NCBI RefSeq assembly: GCF_964204645.1
Contig: NC_134026.1
Span: 15,286,150 to 15,350,149 of the forward strand
Direction of reading: 5' to 3'
DNA length: 64,000 nucleotides
Source of the DNA: Tubulanus polymorphus
Lineage: Eukaryota; Animalia; Nemertea
How positions within the stretch are numbered: position 1 is the stretch's first letter; each line of letters opens with the position of its first letter. A program made the position numbers and the translations under genes. The notes under the pieces are model-generated. The model saw nothing but the letters and a program-made list of their open reading frames with translations, searched no databases and had not been told where the DNA came from. Below, piece by piece: positions 11,771 through 25,480 of this stretch.

Positions 11771-13499
11771 TTGGTTATCACATCGGATGAAGCATATTTT
11801 GAGAAGTGTTTACGCGAAGAGAAGAAATCACAAGAACCTCAAAATAAGAAATTAAGAACTATCACCAAGGTAAGTTAAATTGCTATGATGTATCCTAATA
11901 ATTGTTACCCAGCACTTACCATGCATATATTTCTTCCATCATTGCAGAAAACTTAACCTGTAAAAAAACATAAGACATGCCCTGCAATCAAAGGAATGGC
12001 GAGTGGACTTGATGTACTTGAAACTTGTAGTTTATTTCTTAAGATTTTTGGTTTACCTTTGTCAGCGATATGAAGTTGGCATTGAGCCAATTTCATGTAA
12101 AATCGCGGTACGTTTTTTTATGTGAGCATTTTTTTCATTGGTTCTCGGGTTAAACGACGTATGATGAAGCTTGAAGACATGACTAATCTCCGTCGATGTA
12201 CATGGTCAACTTTGTTAAAATTCTACGATAAACTGTTTTTGGCGGGAAAATTCTTAGCTTTCGCGTATAAAATTGCAATGACCTCGATTGGGGGGCGTTG
12301 TCTCTACAAGCGAATGTGATTGGCTGTTTTTGGGATATACGGAATTCCGGCGCTACTAAAATAATTATGGGTAAGCCATAGAATGGCGAACGTTTCATTG
12401 GACTAGGTGCCGTATTACGTGCAAATTTAAAATGCTCATTGCTGATGAGAATGTAATTATTATTATAGTTATTGTTTCATTTTAATACCCGGTGATTGAT
12501 TTGATTGACACTGAAGTGCAAGCGAACATTCACTTACACGAGGCCTCCACATGCGCGCAGAGTGCTATAGACTGTTGCATACACAGACACACGCTCGTAC
12601 AGTATACACTACTATAGTGATACTGTAAACGCTACTTGCTGGCGCGTCTGACATTTCATCAACAGAAGATGAGCGCTATGTTTTCTGTTTGACATAATTT
12701 ATAATAAATTGTAATTTCTTGTGACCTGAAAATATTAAGCAGCAAACTACAAGTATAAGTCCAGGTCTGAATATTGTAGTAGCAAATTCCAGGATTTAAA
12801 ACGATCTAATACGCCGATTTCTTAATGTGCCGGTTTAGATTCCGCGGCCATACATTGGAAGAGGTTTCCAAGACTATTTAGCCACCCTCTGATATGTGAC
12901 ATCATATGAATTTTATTTGAATATTTTTTCATATTGTGAAAAATATTTCTTAATATAAAAATATAAAATAGTTTCCCTGCCGCGCCTACCTGTACCCTAC
13001 GAAATGTATATTTCCGGTCTTATTTGACTACAAAATAATTCTTTGAGAAAGATGAAATACAAGATAGAACTTTGAAGTCATGAATTTAAAAGATTTTCCA
13101 AGCAATGCCCTTACCCCAAACAACCTCTAGCTTTCAAGGTAAACCACACTTTGCCCATGGGCAATTTATTTGTATTTTTCTTTTGTTTGATTTTAAAAAG
13201 TGTTCTTACTTCCTCACCAGCACAACAAGGCAGATACATGCCCAGATGGTCTAGCTGAAAAAGCAGCCCCATACCATCATTCGAAGATACGCACCAGGAA
13301 CTAAGGTAAGCTTTGCGAACTAGGTAACCTGTTAATAAACGATCAAAAACACGATTGGTTAATGAAATCCAAATAACATTCTAGCCTATGGTTCCTGATC
13401 GAGTAGACTGTGATTGTGATTCAACGGTACCGGGTTATTATTCTTAAAAGGATTTAAGTGAAGTCTCTAAATAATTCTTATCATTGAATTTATATCTTC

Positions 13500-13830
13500 A
13501 GAACTGATTCTTATGTTGCAGTTGCCCAAAAGGGTGAACGTGGAAAAAATAACCTATATTTTGGAATAGTAAGTATAAGAAAGGATGGGCTTTGACAGAG
13601 GATTTGCTGATCCTTGTTACTAGACTGCCATGTTCATTTCAGGTTGAAAAAATCTTGCCGGAGAGCTCTTCATTGCAGATATAATTTCGACAACAGCTGC
13701 AGCAGAGAAATTTATTTGTATGGACGGAAGACATTGAAGATCACCCGGTATCAGGGGTCATTATGGTGCTGTCTTTTCCCTGCGTCATCAATCAAAGCTG
13801 GCAGCTTTCATTTGAATGTAGAGAGTATGA
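13500..13830 (+). pseudogene. Spliced fragment resembling a DDE-transposase C-terminal tail domain
   Basis: Two ag/gt-bounded pieces read DSYVAVAQKGERGKNNLYFGI and VEKILP...NLFVWTEDIEDHPVSGVIMVLSFP, with a stop or frameshift. Confidence 0.35.
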
Positions 13831-14199
13831 AAACACCAACGATATTTTCTGTGCAATGACTTGATTTGATAACTTTCTATTTAGGCCTAGCCTAGTAATG
13901 TTGATTTTAAGATGAGTTGTTGTACCTACCGTCTTGTTATTGAATTAAAAATTGAATTTTCGTTTCTATCTATGTCTATGAATGAAATATTGCCTGCTGA
14001 TATAGGCCTAGGCCATTCAAAATTTTTTTGACTAATTGTTATTATGTATCATCATTTTTACAACAAGTAAAATGTGTTCACTTTTTGCAAACTTCAATCA
14101 ATTTCAATGTCGCAATAGGATGGAAACTCTCTATTGTTGTTGTTGTTGGACAAGTGTAAATGAAAAGCATCCTACTTACCATGAATAACTGGCTCTCTT

Positions 14200-14933
14200 C
14201 AGATATGAGAATTCCCCGCGGATCTGCGGTTTCCCGTGGATTTCAGTATTGAAAAATATCAATTTTCCAAATAGTCCAAAAATGATGTAAAAGTATGGGG
14301 GGGGGGGTGATGATCTCACTCAATTGGTCCGGCGCGATCGGTAATCAGGTGAACTGTAAAAGCGTTCAGTGCCTGTTTTACTTATCGTCACGTAAAAGTA
14401 TTGCATTTCAATGCATATTCATTGCAACACAGCGATTTTGTATGTACATTTGTACTACGATAAGTGTGTATGTATTTTATCGATCGGTTGCAGACACGCA
14501 CGCACAGCAACAGTAGTAACGTATATAGGTCTACTTACTGTTGCTGCGTGTGTGTGGCGAACGCCTTCGGATATTATACACTACTTGGTGATGATTTTTA
14601 GTGAGCATTCATCGGCGCATTTTTACTGCAATAATTCAGGGCTCGACCCGTAATGCATGAGATGCTGAATGTCATCAAATGAGGATCTACCACATTGGAA
14701 CTAGCCATTACCTTCCAAAATATAATAGTCGTTCATGGGTTCGAGATCGCTCTAAGTGCTCGGAAAACGTATTTAATTTCTAAAATTTTCTTGGGGGAAT
14801 TTTCCCAAACCCCCCGAAATAGCTTCGCTCCTTCGGCGCTCGCTAGTGCAGACAGCTACGCCGTCAGCTGGTTCGCGTATGTCACTCAAGAAAAATAACC
14901 CGCGGATGTTACAGGTCGGCGTTCTCATCCCTG
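14200..14933 (+). mobile_element. hAT-like MITE with 6-bp TSD
   Basis: Ends cagatatgagaa ... ttctcatccctg, with tctctt on both sides. Partial copies at ~22370-22725 and ~42082-42590. Confidence 0.8.
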
Positions 14934-15285
14934 TCTCTTGCCGCGTTGTCTTCGTTCCAGAAGACCAATCCTTCCTAAAAAAATTCGCCAAGTATCCTTA
15001 TAGGCCCACATTACTTTCACAATGCTGAACATTTCCAGTTAAACACTGTGATGCGGCTTTCAAGTTAGAATGTAAGACTGAAAACCAGTTTGGAACAGCA
15101 GACTGACTGGCTAAGTGCCAATTACATTGAAAATTATACTCTGAAACATCACCATTTCATCTGATTATCTAAAAGTTTTCAATTTAATGCACCTCATTAA
15201 TATGCACACAAATATAGTACAGATTACGGAGCCCCACTTTTTCCAAGAAAAGCCGATACATGCCCTGTAATCTGTGTAAAGATCA

Positions 15286-16765
15286 ATTTTTAGGCCAGCC
15301 ATAGGCTGAGCCTATTACTATATAAATGTAGGGAATTTAAATGACATGGTTTCCAGAGTAAAGGCTCTTTTACTGTGCAACTGAGCATACATTCATACAA
15401 ATCATTCATTAGAGCATTATCCATTCTCCAAACTCTATGTAGCTGAATTTTGAAGGAGAGCCTCGTTAAAATTTATATGAGTTTTTTCGCGAATATCTGA
15501 TCGCAAAAACATTGGTTTCGAAATGCCAATCAGAATGCTAAGACTCCTCTATGATTGGCTTAGCCGCAGAAATTAGCAGGTGTTCACCTGAACCCGCAGT
15601 ATCGTCTACTGTTTTACTTCCGGGTTTTATTTTCAGATCTAAAATTTAATTTCAAGATTCATTTCTGTGAAAGCTTTAGTTGATTTGGTTTTTGGAGGAA
15701 TATTTTTATCAGCACCACAGAAAATATCATAGACCATTGGGCAAAGTCCGGGGAAAATTGCTTTTTCTTAAATCGGATAGATAACCTTGATATGCTAATT
15801 TGCCATGTGCTCGAACTGCAAATGCAATCAAATATTATTCTCTAAAAAAATATCAAATCCAATTCAATTTTACTTCATTGAACAAATAAAAACATCTAAT
15901 CCAATTCCATTTTGTTTTATTAAGCAAATTTTAGAAAATTCAATTCTATTCCGCATTAAAATCAATGAGACCAAGGGAAAAGATTTATCTGAGGTATTTG
16001 TTCCTGCCAGATCCAGGCGCTGTCTGTGCTACTTTTGTATTTTACGATTGTATTGTGTAAATTATTAGGTATTGACTGAGCTGGGAGTGTATTTTGACAA
16101 ATTTAACGCACAGAATGCATCATCAATTGCCATTTTATGAAAAACTGACAGGCTGGCCATAGTGCCCCTTTGGGCTCTTGTAAACTCACTGCCGAAGTCA
16201 GGTACGCAGTGCCAAATTTAGGGAATGCAGTGCAGGTCAAATTTTTTTTAAATCGCTCAATTTCGTTGAATCCTCACCTTTTTAAAAGCTTAGCCCTGAG
16301 TAACAATATTTAGACATTAAACTCATGTTAATGACTCTATGTGAACTGGTCATCCAGTAAGTTATTATTTATCGTGATTTGCATATAATTCAGATAGAAA
16401 ATTGCCGTAAAAATTGTCTTGATATAACCATTTACTCAAAATACAAATTCAATCAAATTTTATTCTGCAAAAAATATCAAATCCAATTCAATTTACGCAA
16501 ATTAAACATCGAATCCATTCAATTTTGTCTTATCGCGCAAATTTAAGAAAATTCATTTCTATTCCGCATTCAAATCGATAAGACCAAGGGAAAGATTAAT
16601 CTGAGGTATTTGTTCCCGCCTGCTCCAGTCGCTGTCTGTGCTACTTATGGAAAGACTCTGAGCTGGGCCCAGTGAATTTTGACAAATATAACCCACAGAA
16701 TGCATAATTTGCCATATTTATGAAAAGCTGACAGGCTGGCCATTAGTGCCCCTTGGGGCTCTTGT
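15286..16765 (+). mobile_element. HINE-like element(s), aggccagcc family, with a duplicated 3' part
   Basis: 5' hairpin aggccagccataggctgagcct. The 3' subTIR caggctggcc plus gcccc..gggc hairpin occurs twice (~16150-16181 and ~16732-16765). T-run flanks. Confidence 0.7.
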
Positions 16766-17164
16766 TTAGGATTTAGGTAATTACATGTTTATTGGCTCGC
16801 ATTATCTTGAAAATGTGGTTTCAAAATGCGGAAATTTATTTCCTTGTTCCGCGATTTACTGATGATAGCATCAAACTTTTAGAGATGAGTCTGATATTAA
16901 CACTACTGGAGTACTTGTCTTATCATCATAAATTAAAGTCATTATTGACGTTCGCATGAGCGATGCGTTTTAGAGTCTGATTTCTTGTATTAGTTTGTTA
17001 ATTACGGCACAGTGATGAGCGTTCGCGCTGAAATCAGGCGTGTACAGTCACGTAGGCAATATCACCTTATACTCTCGTGTTCACTGCGTGTATGTATCAG
17101 TTTTAGAGTACGCGCTATGGTGTATATTGTGCGTAACAAGGATTTGTCAGAGTGAAGATGTAAG

Positions 17165-17510
17165 CTACTTAAAGCAATCCTATCCCGAAATTATAAAAAC
17201 CATTTCGATCACCAAAATTTGTTTTGTCAGTAATCGGCACTGGCCTCAAATTTGCAGAACTTGGGAGCTTCTGTCCTGATTGGTCCATATTATAATGAAA
17301 AACCTCCGATGAAACCCAGGCTCCAACCAAGTTTGTACCGTATCTTAAGGGGCCACTCATGGTTTGAGTTGTTTTACATCATTCAAGGGATGTATTAGAA
17401 TTATGAACATTTTCTCAGACAAGAGGCCCATAATCAATTTTTCAATGATTTCATTCATGTTAAAAGTCAGTTATCATTAAAAGTTTACACTGACCAAAAT
17501 TGAGTCCTTT
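17165..17510 (+). repeat. Dispersed repeat (5' part); resumes at ~19890; paralogue at ~61125-61470 and 63870-64000
   Basis: ctacttaaagcaatcctat...aattgagtccttttt is shared, and the continuation ttgcataccggtagcct...gtttagcgagccactg is also shared. Confidence 0.75.
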
Positions 17511-19042
17511 TTCATGGGCTTGCATGCTTGCAAGCCCATATTGCTATCACACGGATTGATAACTTGCTTGGGGAGTCGATAACTTTCGTTGGAATTTTTC
17601 TTTGGCTCTGATATTTACACACATTTAATGCAGTAATAAAATCTAGGTTCCTTTCGTATATTGGCTATATCGGTTGTGGCTCGATGGGGTTTCAAGTGGT
17701 GGCTTGTGAATACGTCCGACAAATAACAAACTCCGGATATCAAATTGATGTTTCTTTATTCAACGGATTTTGGACGATTCAAATCTGTAAACAGATAATA
17801 CAAACTTATTATATCTGAGCTATTTCTAGATTGCGCAATACAAAATAAACCTTTATCTTGCATCATAATATTTCGCCTTAATTTAATGGAATTACTTCTC
17901 TATTTCACTGATTTATGTTATACTCTTATACTACGGAATATTCTCTTATGTTATTACACCATAATCTACTAAATTAACACTGCAAATAGTATAAAATACT
18001 CACTGAGTATGCCAGTAATTTAATATTTCCCCATCAACCATGTTGCAATATCTTCACGTGATTTCCGAATTATAAAACTAGTACATGAAACGTTGACAGC
18101 TTTCTGAAACCTCTGAGAACACAAAATGAAAACTCAAAACCCGAAAAGTTACCGATTCAGGTTGTCGTTTTCATTGTTTTATGATTTTGTTTAATCGTTT
18201 TTGTTATTTCAGCAGCGCATACCAACCTTGGTTGAGCGTGCGTGATCAGTCTTGAAATTGGTATTCATGCGCGGCATAGTGCATATTCAATTCATTCTTT
18301 ATTGACACAATAAAACATTTACTTTCATGTTTTAAAAAAATTCTTTTAATTTTCTTTTTTTTCATTGGGGACTTGCGTTAGCGGCCATTTAAAAAATCTC
18401 TGTATGAACATTTATATTTTTTAGTTTAAATATCTGAAACTTAAAACCCGCTTTTCTGTAAAATAAATTCTGAATTGAATTGAAGACTGGTTCCCTGTCT
18501 CTTCAAAGAGCGAGGGGGCGGTAGTCTATGGTGGCAATAAACTAGGAGTAAACTTTATCGGATGATCGTTGTGGATTGTCGTTTGAATGAGATGCAACTT
18601 ATTCTTGCTTTATGTCTTTATTATTTTAAAAAGAAAAATCGTGGCTCCTATCTATTTTTGTGTTTGCTTCTCTTCACTTGAAGTCACTTGAGTTAGTCAC
18701 GTTTTTTCTTCAGCTGTAAATTTTCTATGCAAAATTATTTCAACACAATCCGATACGTAATCTAGCAATTATCAACATGATGATAGATTCCGTTAAGACA
18801 CTACAATATTCAAAAAACAACTATCCAAAAGCTTGCACTAACTTGGTCCACGTCTACAATGAAACCATTCCGATTCCCAGTCCCCGTGTGTAACATTTCA
18901 TGTACGATGTATGACAACACCGATCTCTTAGCTCTTTAAGTGATCAGTTCAAAGTTCGATTAATTCTACTACAGAAATACAAAACCACCAAGCAAGCTTT
19001 CAGTACAACCATGTCAGTAAGCCCATTTTTAGAATTTCTTGT
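17508..19042 (+). mobile_element. HINE-like element, catgggcttgc family, full length
   Basis: 5' hairpin gggcttgcatgcttgcaagccc and 3' subTIR aagcccat. Other copies start at ~37459, ~44101 and ~59099. Confidence 0.75.
17677..18159. mobile_element. Solo LTR inside the HINE
   Basis: TG...CA ends with 5-bp duplication ggttg. The empty site atatcggttgtcgttttc is seen in the paralogous copy at ~59257. Confidence 0.7.
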
Positions 19043-19048
19043 CATATA

Positions 19049-19870
19049 TTTTTGTCCCCTGCGCGGGGTAGGCCGCGAGCGGGGGACTTGGTATTCGCCT
19101 CCGTCCGTCCGTCCGTCCGTCCGTCCGTCCGCATGAGCTTGTGAACGCGATTCAAGAAGAACCGTTGATCGCAGGACTATGATATTACACAGTATGGTTA
19201 CCGCTAGGGAGAGGATGTGCCCTATTGATTTTGGGGTCCAAGGACCAGAGGTCAAGGTCACTACAGGTCATTCGTGTAAAACCTTGTGATCATGATTCAA
19301 GAAGAACCGTTGATAGCAGGACCATGATATTACTTAGTATGATTACCCCTAGCGAGAGGATGTGCCCTATTGATTTTGGGGTCCAAGGACCAAAGGTCAA
19401 GGTCACTACAGGTCATGCATGTAAAACCTTTTGAACGTGATTCAAAAAGAACCGTCGATAGCAGGACCATGATATCACGTAGTATGATTACCCCTAGTTA
19501 GAGGATGTGCCCTATTGATTTTGGGGTCCAAGGACCGAAGGTCAGGGTCACTACAGGTCATTCATGTGAAAGCTTATGAACGTCATTCAAGACGAACTAT
19601 TGATAAGAGAACAATGCTATTTCATAGTATGATTACCCCTGGGGAGAGGATGTGCATTAGTGATTTTGGAGTTCTAGGGTCAAAGGTCAAGGTTGGTAGA
19701 TGTCTTTTGCCTAAAACACTGTAAACTCAATTCTTAAATAACCATTCATGGCAGGAAAATGATATTTCATAGTATGGTTATCCCTGGATACACTCATCAT
19801 TTTTCTATACCAAAGATCAGTGTCTTCAGGGGTCATTAATTCCCTATTGGCAATCGCCAGGGACATAGTT
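19049..19870 (+). mobile_element. HINE-like element carrying a 145-bp tandem array
   Basis: 5' tgtcccctg hairpin, (ccgt)n microsatellite, units starting ~19141, 19286, 19431, 19576 and 19721, then a 3' cagggg subTIR and hairpin. Confidence 0.75.
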
Positions 19871-22800
19871 ACGTAGTATCAAATTGCCTTGTTTTCTTAT
19901 TTAATTTTCGATGTAATGAATGTTTGCATACCGGTAGCCTACGTGACACATTTTTTGCTTCACACCAGTTTAGCGAGCCACTGGACCATTGGTCCTTTAT
20001 TTTAAATTTGATAGGTGTCGTATTGATTCCGTCTCCTTTTTGTATTATGAACAAAAACCTGGAAATTCAATCGATCTGCTACATCGTGGTGGTGCACAAA
20101 ATCGAATTTGCCCAGACCCGGCGCCGGGCTGATTGACATTAGACTGTAGGATGTTCTTTCAATTAAGCATTTAATTTAATAAAGGTTCACTGTCATAGAC
20201 CGTAAAACTCATAAATTGTGCGTTTACTTGCGCGATGTGTTTCAATTCAATTCAATCAATCGCTGTGTGTAATTTACAGGGCTTTCAAAATAAGCCGGCG
20301 GCCATCGCAACCGACTGTTATCTCGTCTCATATCAATGATAGTATAAAAGCTGTGATCAGTGGCTATATTTAAATGTACTGCAGTCAGTGTGCATCGTGT
20401 GAAAACCTGCCTCAGACACGTGACCTAGTTTAAGTTTCCAGGAAATTGGCTGCCTTTCAAACAACTGCCAATCATTCTAGCGACTGCTGGTGTTTAAGGA
20501 GTAGTGTTTATTCGATGAATTGTTTCATATTGAGTACAGATGCACAAGGTCAAAACTTTGTTAGGTTAACTCACAGAGACACTCGTAGAGACAATTAGTT
20601 AGGGTAGCCTAATAGCATTAATGTGTTCTTAAGCTGGCTGTTTAACCAATCAACAGTTACTTATTGCCATTACCGCAGTCACTTACACTAGCAAATCAAT
20701 TGATATTTCTAAAAATGAAAATATGCAATTTCATGTATACACTATTCCTGATTCCTGGCTTTTATCACTTTTATTGTGCTTTTTTAGATAGAGAATCTGA
20801 TTTAAGCATGTCCATAAAATTTTCAATAAATAAGCTTTCGTAACCTCAAGATAACTAAATATAAGATCACTCAATATTGCCGTGAAAAATGCATTTTGTC
20901 AGTGGTCGGGGAAAATTGGATATATGTATCTACATTATTGATTTTTTACCGAGTGTCGCTCGTGTAGTGCTGAAAAATGGCTTTTGCGGCCCGCAATGTG
21001 GCGCCGCCTACATTATTTTCCTACGCAAATGAATAGATGATGAGTATTGGAACTAACAGTCTTTAAAACTTCGGACGATATTGTTTGATTTTCTGAGTGA
21101 AATTTCAATATGAAAGCTACTGAAAAACGATCTGAGACGATGTGAAAAATCAAAATTTTCTGGGGGACGACCCCCCTTATTACTTTGCGACTTCGCGATC
21201 GTGACTGGCAGCTGATGCTGCCATGAACTTCACGCCTACGGCATTCGTTTCTTCTAAGTTATTACTAGATTAAAAATGTTCCCCCTATTCAATGATGGCC
21301 TGTTATCATCCCTGTAATATCAACGCCAATCAGTGCTTGCTGATAGCTTGCCGGTGTATAGGGGGCCTACTTTTTGGAAGATTGCTTGAATGAACCGGAA
21401 CCAAATTTCCTAATTATGTCCTTCGATTTAATAAGAAATTCTGTAAATTCGACCGCCAATCACACAACTATATCTGTACTTTGATTTCTGATTTCAAAAT
21501 CAAACCCCTATTTCGCTCCTGGCAGGTGTGGTGGGTTTATAATAAAAATCAAATGAAATTTACTAGCCAAATAAATAATGGCCAATCCCTATTTTAATAT
21601 CGAAAGAAAGGAAAACAGCGATAGGGTTTGGGGTTGACAATTGTTTTGTTATTCGATTTGTGCCAGTGCACAATAAAAGCTGCGTAATAGGCATTCACTC
21701 TAGATTTCCGCAAAATATGGAGTGAGGATCAGAGTAGGTAAGCTGTCAATGCCTATTGTATATGGAGGTCATCAGCTCTCAAATATGGCCGCACATGAAT
21801 TTCTAGCACGAAACGGCCTGCAATTATGTATTTTCGTGATACTTAGTGTAAGAATTTAGGTAGGTGAAATGTCTACCCCTTATTGAAAATCGAGGTCAAG
21901 TATGGCGGCCAGGGTTGCCATCCATCTTGGATTTCTTTTCAGCACGATGCCTACAATTCTTTATGCATTTATTTTCATGTAATGTGATCTTTGGGGCACC
22001 TAAAATGGGCTTGTCTTTTCATGTAAGGATATATTACCAGAAAATTAACATTATTGTCACATAACCTATACCATCTTAACTATTTCAAAACTTCATTACA
22101 TCGTTTACAACTACATCGTTACAATGTAAATCTTTTTGCAAAACTTTCATTACTGAATCATTCTTCTTCTACTGCTTCATGAAGGTTATAAGGCCTGTGG
22201 GCCCCTTGTTTGGGACATCATAACCCAGAGGGAGATGGCAGAACAAATACCTCAGGTTAATTTTTTCCTTCGTCTCATTAATTGATGTAAATTTGTTCAA
22301 TAAAATAAAATTCAATTCAATGTTTTCTTGCAAAATGAACTTTGATTGAATTTGCAGTGATTAATAGTGATGTAAAAATAAAGGGGGAAGGGGGAAGGGG
22401 ATGATGGTCCCACTCAGCTGGTCCGGCGCGATTGGTTATTGGATGGACTGTAATAGTGTTCAGCGCCTATTTTACCTATCGTCACCTTTCAATGCGCATT
22501 CGGGTATTGCAACACTGATTTTGTATGTATGTATCTTATCGTTCGGTTGTAGATATGCTGGCACGGCAACAAGAGTAATGTATATAGGCCTATTACTGTT
22601 GCCGCGTGCGTATGTGGCGAATGCTTTCACTTCAGATATTATACACTGTAATGATTTTAAGTGAGCATTCATCGGCGCATTGTGTGCTCGGAAAACGCTT
22701 TTGATTTCTAATTTCAATTTTGGGGACTGGTGGAAGAGTGGTCGTGGAGTGATAGCAGACTGTTAAGTGAGGAAGGGTTTGCACCTGCGGCAGACACTAA

Positions 22801-22922
22801 GATCTACATTAATTGTTATCTCCCGCCCTGAAAAATTAGTTTGCATGTAGAACACTTTGAATCCCAAACTATTAAGATGTGCCGAATGTTTTTTGGCTTA
22901 AATGCATTCTATGTAATTTTAG

Positions 22923-23069
22923 GAGAAAGTTGATGCTAGTAAACGGAGAAGCAAGGAAATTCAGGATGAATTAAAGAAATTAGCCGATGATGCAAAAAAA
23001 CTGCAACCAATTCATGAACAGACAAAGAAAGAGTTAAATGATGCCAGGAAACGTTATCGTTCTACACAG
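22923..23069 (+). CDS. SMC6: SMC6 exon EKVDASKRRSKEIQDELKKL...ARKRYRSTQ
   Basis: ttttag|GAG acceptor and CAG|gtaatt donor; 147 nt, phase 0/0; heptad-rich. Confidence 0.88.
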
Positions 23070-23255
23070 GTAATTGCATACAATACATTGGGTATCAATT
23101 TTGTGATTCAACAATAGTAAATACACAAAAGTACCAGACAGGCCAATTTTTTAGACACCCCGTATTTCACATATACTGCCATCTGTTCAGGTTGCTTCAT
23201 CAATCACAACGTACATTAATATACAGTGACTTTTTTGGATCAACCGTGTTGATCC

Positions 23256-24419
23256 CTGACCTGCCAACTGTTACGATTTTCCCGTAATCGTTACGGATTG
23301 ACATTACAAATTACGATGTTACAATTGGGTGTTCAAAATTACGATTTTAGTTTATTTTCATTACGTTCTACGGAAAATTCTAGCGTATATTCTAACGATA
23401 TTCTTTAAAAATGACGAAAGATGATTTGATTATCGGCACGCCACGCGAGCAGTTTGTGTACACAGACCGCTGGTGTGAGCTGACATACACGCGCCTGGCG
23501 CCGGCTGTCACCGTGGCAACCTATACACTGCGCGAGGGCCTTACTATACAGTACAACACAAAACAGCGCATCTGCTGTAACATATATCAACGTTGCTTGC
23601 AAGCGCGGAATTTTTTGCAAGTACCCGACTGAAGTTATTTCATTTGTCTATCAATTCACTATTCTGGTTATTTATTTGGTCGATGATAAACAAATTAAAT
23701 TATAAAAGATTTGCAAACACGATCTCCCTCCGCCAACCATTCGCATCGGTTCTCGGCTGTAATTAGTGTGACTTTTAATGGCGGCTGCTGACAGAAGTCG
23801 TTAACGAATTCGGCGATGGTTTGATGGATTTAAGCGATGAAGACCCTAATAACAATGAACCAGCGAATAAAAGAAAGAGGCCGACCGGTAAGCAAACGTT
23901 TCGGAGTAGTTACACTGTTAAACTGCGCACGGCGGTATAACTGACATACAGCGTCATTTGGAGACGAAAAAACATAAGACTAACGCAAAAACATGTAAAT
24001 AAGTCGTTTTTTCACTCCAGCTCAAGGCATTGTTTGTCATGAGTATGATCCAAGCGTGAAATTATTAGAGAAAGCTAAGAAGGCTACAGCGGCAGCTTTA
24101 TCGAAACGATAATCGTATTATGCTTATTAATGTTCAATTGTCCGTGAAAGTTGAACAATTTAGATGATAATTTTCAAAAGATGTATTTGCTTATAAATTT
24201 TGCAGCGGTTTTGTCTCAGTTGTTTTTATTTGCCGGGAATCAATTATTACAGTATTAATTGTTCTGACAATCACAATTTGTTTTTTCGTTGATTAATAAA
24301 ATGATTTATATAGTATAACAGTGTTTTAGTATTGTATGCTCGTTACTGAAAAACTTCAAAAATTACTGATAATTTATGAAATTGTTCTGATTTAGTCAGA
24401 CACAAGGTTGGCAGGTCTG
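23256..24419 (+). mobile_element. Internally deleted hAT-like element with 6-bp TSD
   Basis: TIRs c(t)gacctgccaac / gttggcaggtctg, with tgatcc on both sides and sub-terminal ttacg repeats. Confidence 0.85.
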
Positions 24420-24519
24420 TGATCCTCATAAAATGGTCCTGCCCTTACAAGGATAGTACATGTACATGTGTACTTTGATTTACACATGTAGATTGAAAGT
24501 ATAAAATTGGCATAGTAAT

Positions 24520-25480
24520 ACACGTGTACCAGCTGACTTACACGCAACCAAGTGTTTGGCCAGTTCTATTGAGGATGGAAATCTTTATGTATGTGCGATT
24601 TCCTCCTTCAGCTACCAATGCATGGACGTTGGAGTGGATATAATAGCTTGTTCTAAGCTGATGGCTTTATTGAAGACTGCCCGTTAGCCCTCATGTCTTC
24701 CGAATATCTTTCCTTCGCCTCTAATTGAAACCAGATTTATGTGCTGCAACATCTTGGCACTGAATTTATCCTCTACAGTAAGCCAAGCTCCCACTTTAAA
24801 TTTGGAATGCTTGTGGCATATTGAGCAAAACATCCCTATAAAACAAGAAAGCTAATCATTGTCCACTGTTTGTAGTAAGAAAGTGTATCATTCTCCACTG
24901 GTTGTCGAAAGATCGGCATTAAGGTAGGCCTTGGATGTTTGTGAATGCAAATTTTGACAGACTACATGCATAGATGTCTGCATCTTCTGGAATGGATGGG
25001 CCATGTATATTTTCATCGTTAGAGACCATATAGGCATTGTGTATATTAAAAGTTAGACCTTTATCGAACAACACCCATAGTATCTCTACTGCCATGGATG
25101 TAGTTCCACAACGCTAGAACTGATAATCTAAAAAAAATTCAAAGAATGGAAAATGGAAGGTTTAAGGGCATAAGGGCCCTGTCAGCAAATGGATTTTATC
25201 TGTTTAATTCGCCAATGAAGAGCTGTCCCCATCATTATCCTTGCAGTGGTCGCGGACTGATTTATTTGATAGTAGTCCATAACTAAGCTGCGCTGTTCGT
25301 GGTTTGCACTGACTGGGGGGAGGGTTGGTAGATTATTGTCAGTGCAGGGTTGGAAATAAAAAGTAGGCCGGATTTTATTTCTTGGGAGCACAGTGCGGGT
25401 TAGGGATTTTCTTAAAAAAAATGCCAGTAATGCCTGCATCACATTATCTACACAAACTGCGCTACATGAAGATACTCAAC
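24520..25480 (-). repeat. Unidentified degraded coding-like repeat, copy 2
   Basis: The right part is collinear with 1480-1975. The left boundary is approximate. Confidence 0.45.

Larger units (their letters stand above)
7070..11870 (+). mobile_element. Decayed intron-containing pogo-like (HTH_psq + CENP-B HTH + DDE_1) transposon
   Basis: ORF 7897-8438 has AAKKFGVPRSTLHD, KWWRGLKKRHPDLALRTPE and IWNMDES. Further ag/gt-bounded segments at ~8553-8757 (GWT) and ~8873-9290 (LLIVDGHNSH, PSHTNNWLQP) contain stops. The right end was not located. Confidence 0.8.

Noticed and set aside
11772-11868. Lys/Glu-rich segment with a gtaagt donor as an SMC6 exon
   Set aside because: It has no proper acceptor, it continues the pogo ORF across the HINE insertion, and the SMC6 alignment has no room for it.
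13221-13305. ag/gt-bounded candidate SMC6 exon
   Set aside because: Stops in all three frames.
19141-19790. Regularly spaced repeats as a CRISPR array
   Set aside because: The whole 145-bp unit repeats, there are no unique spacers or cas genes, and the context is eukaryotic.
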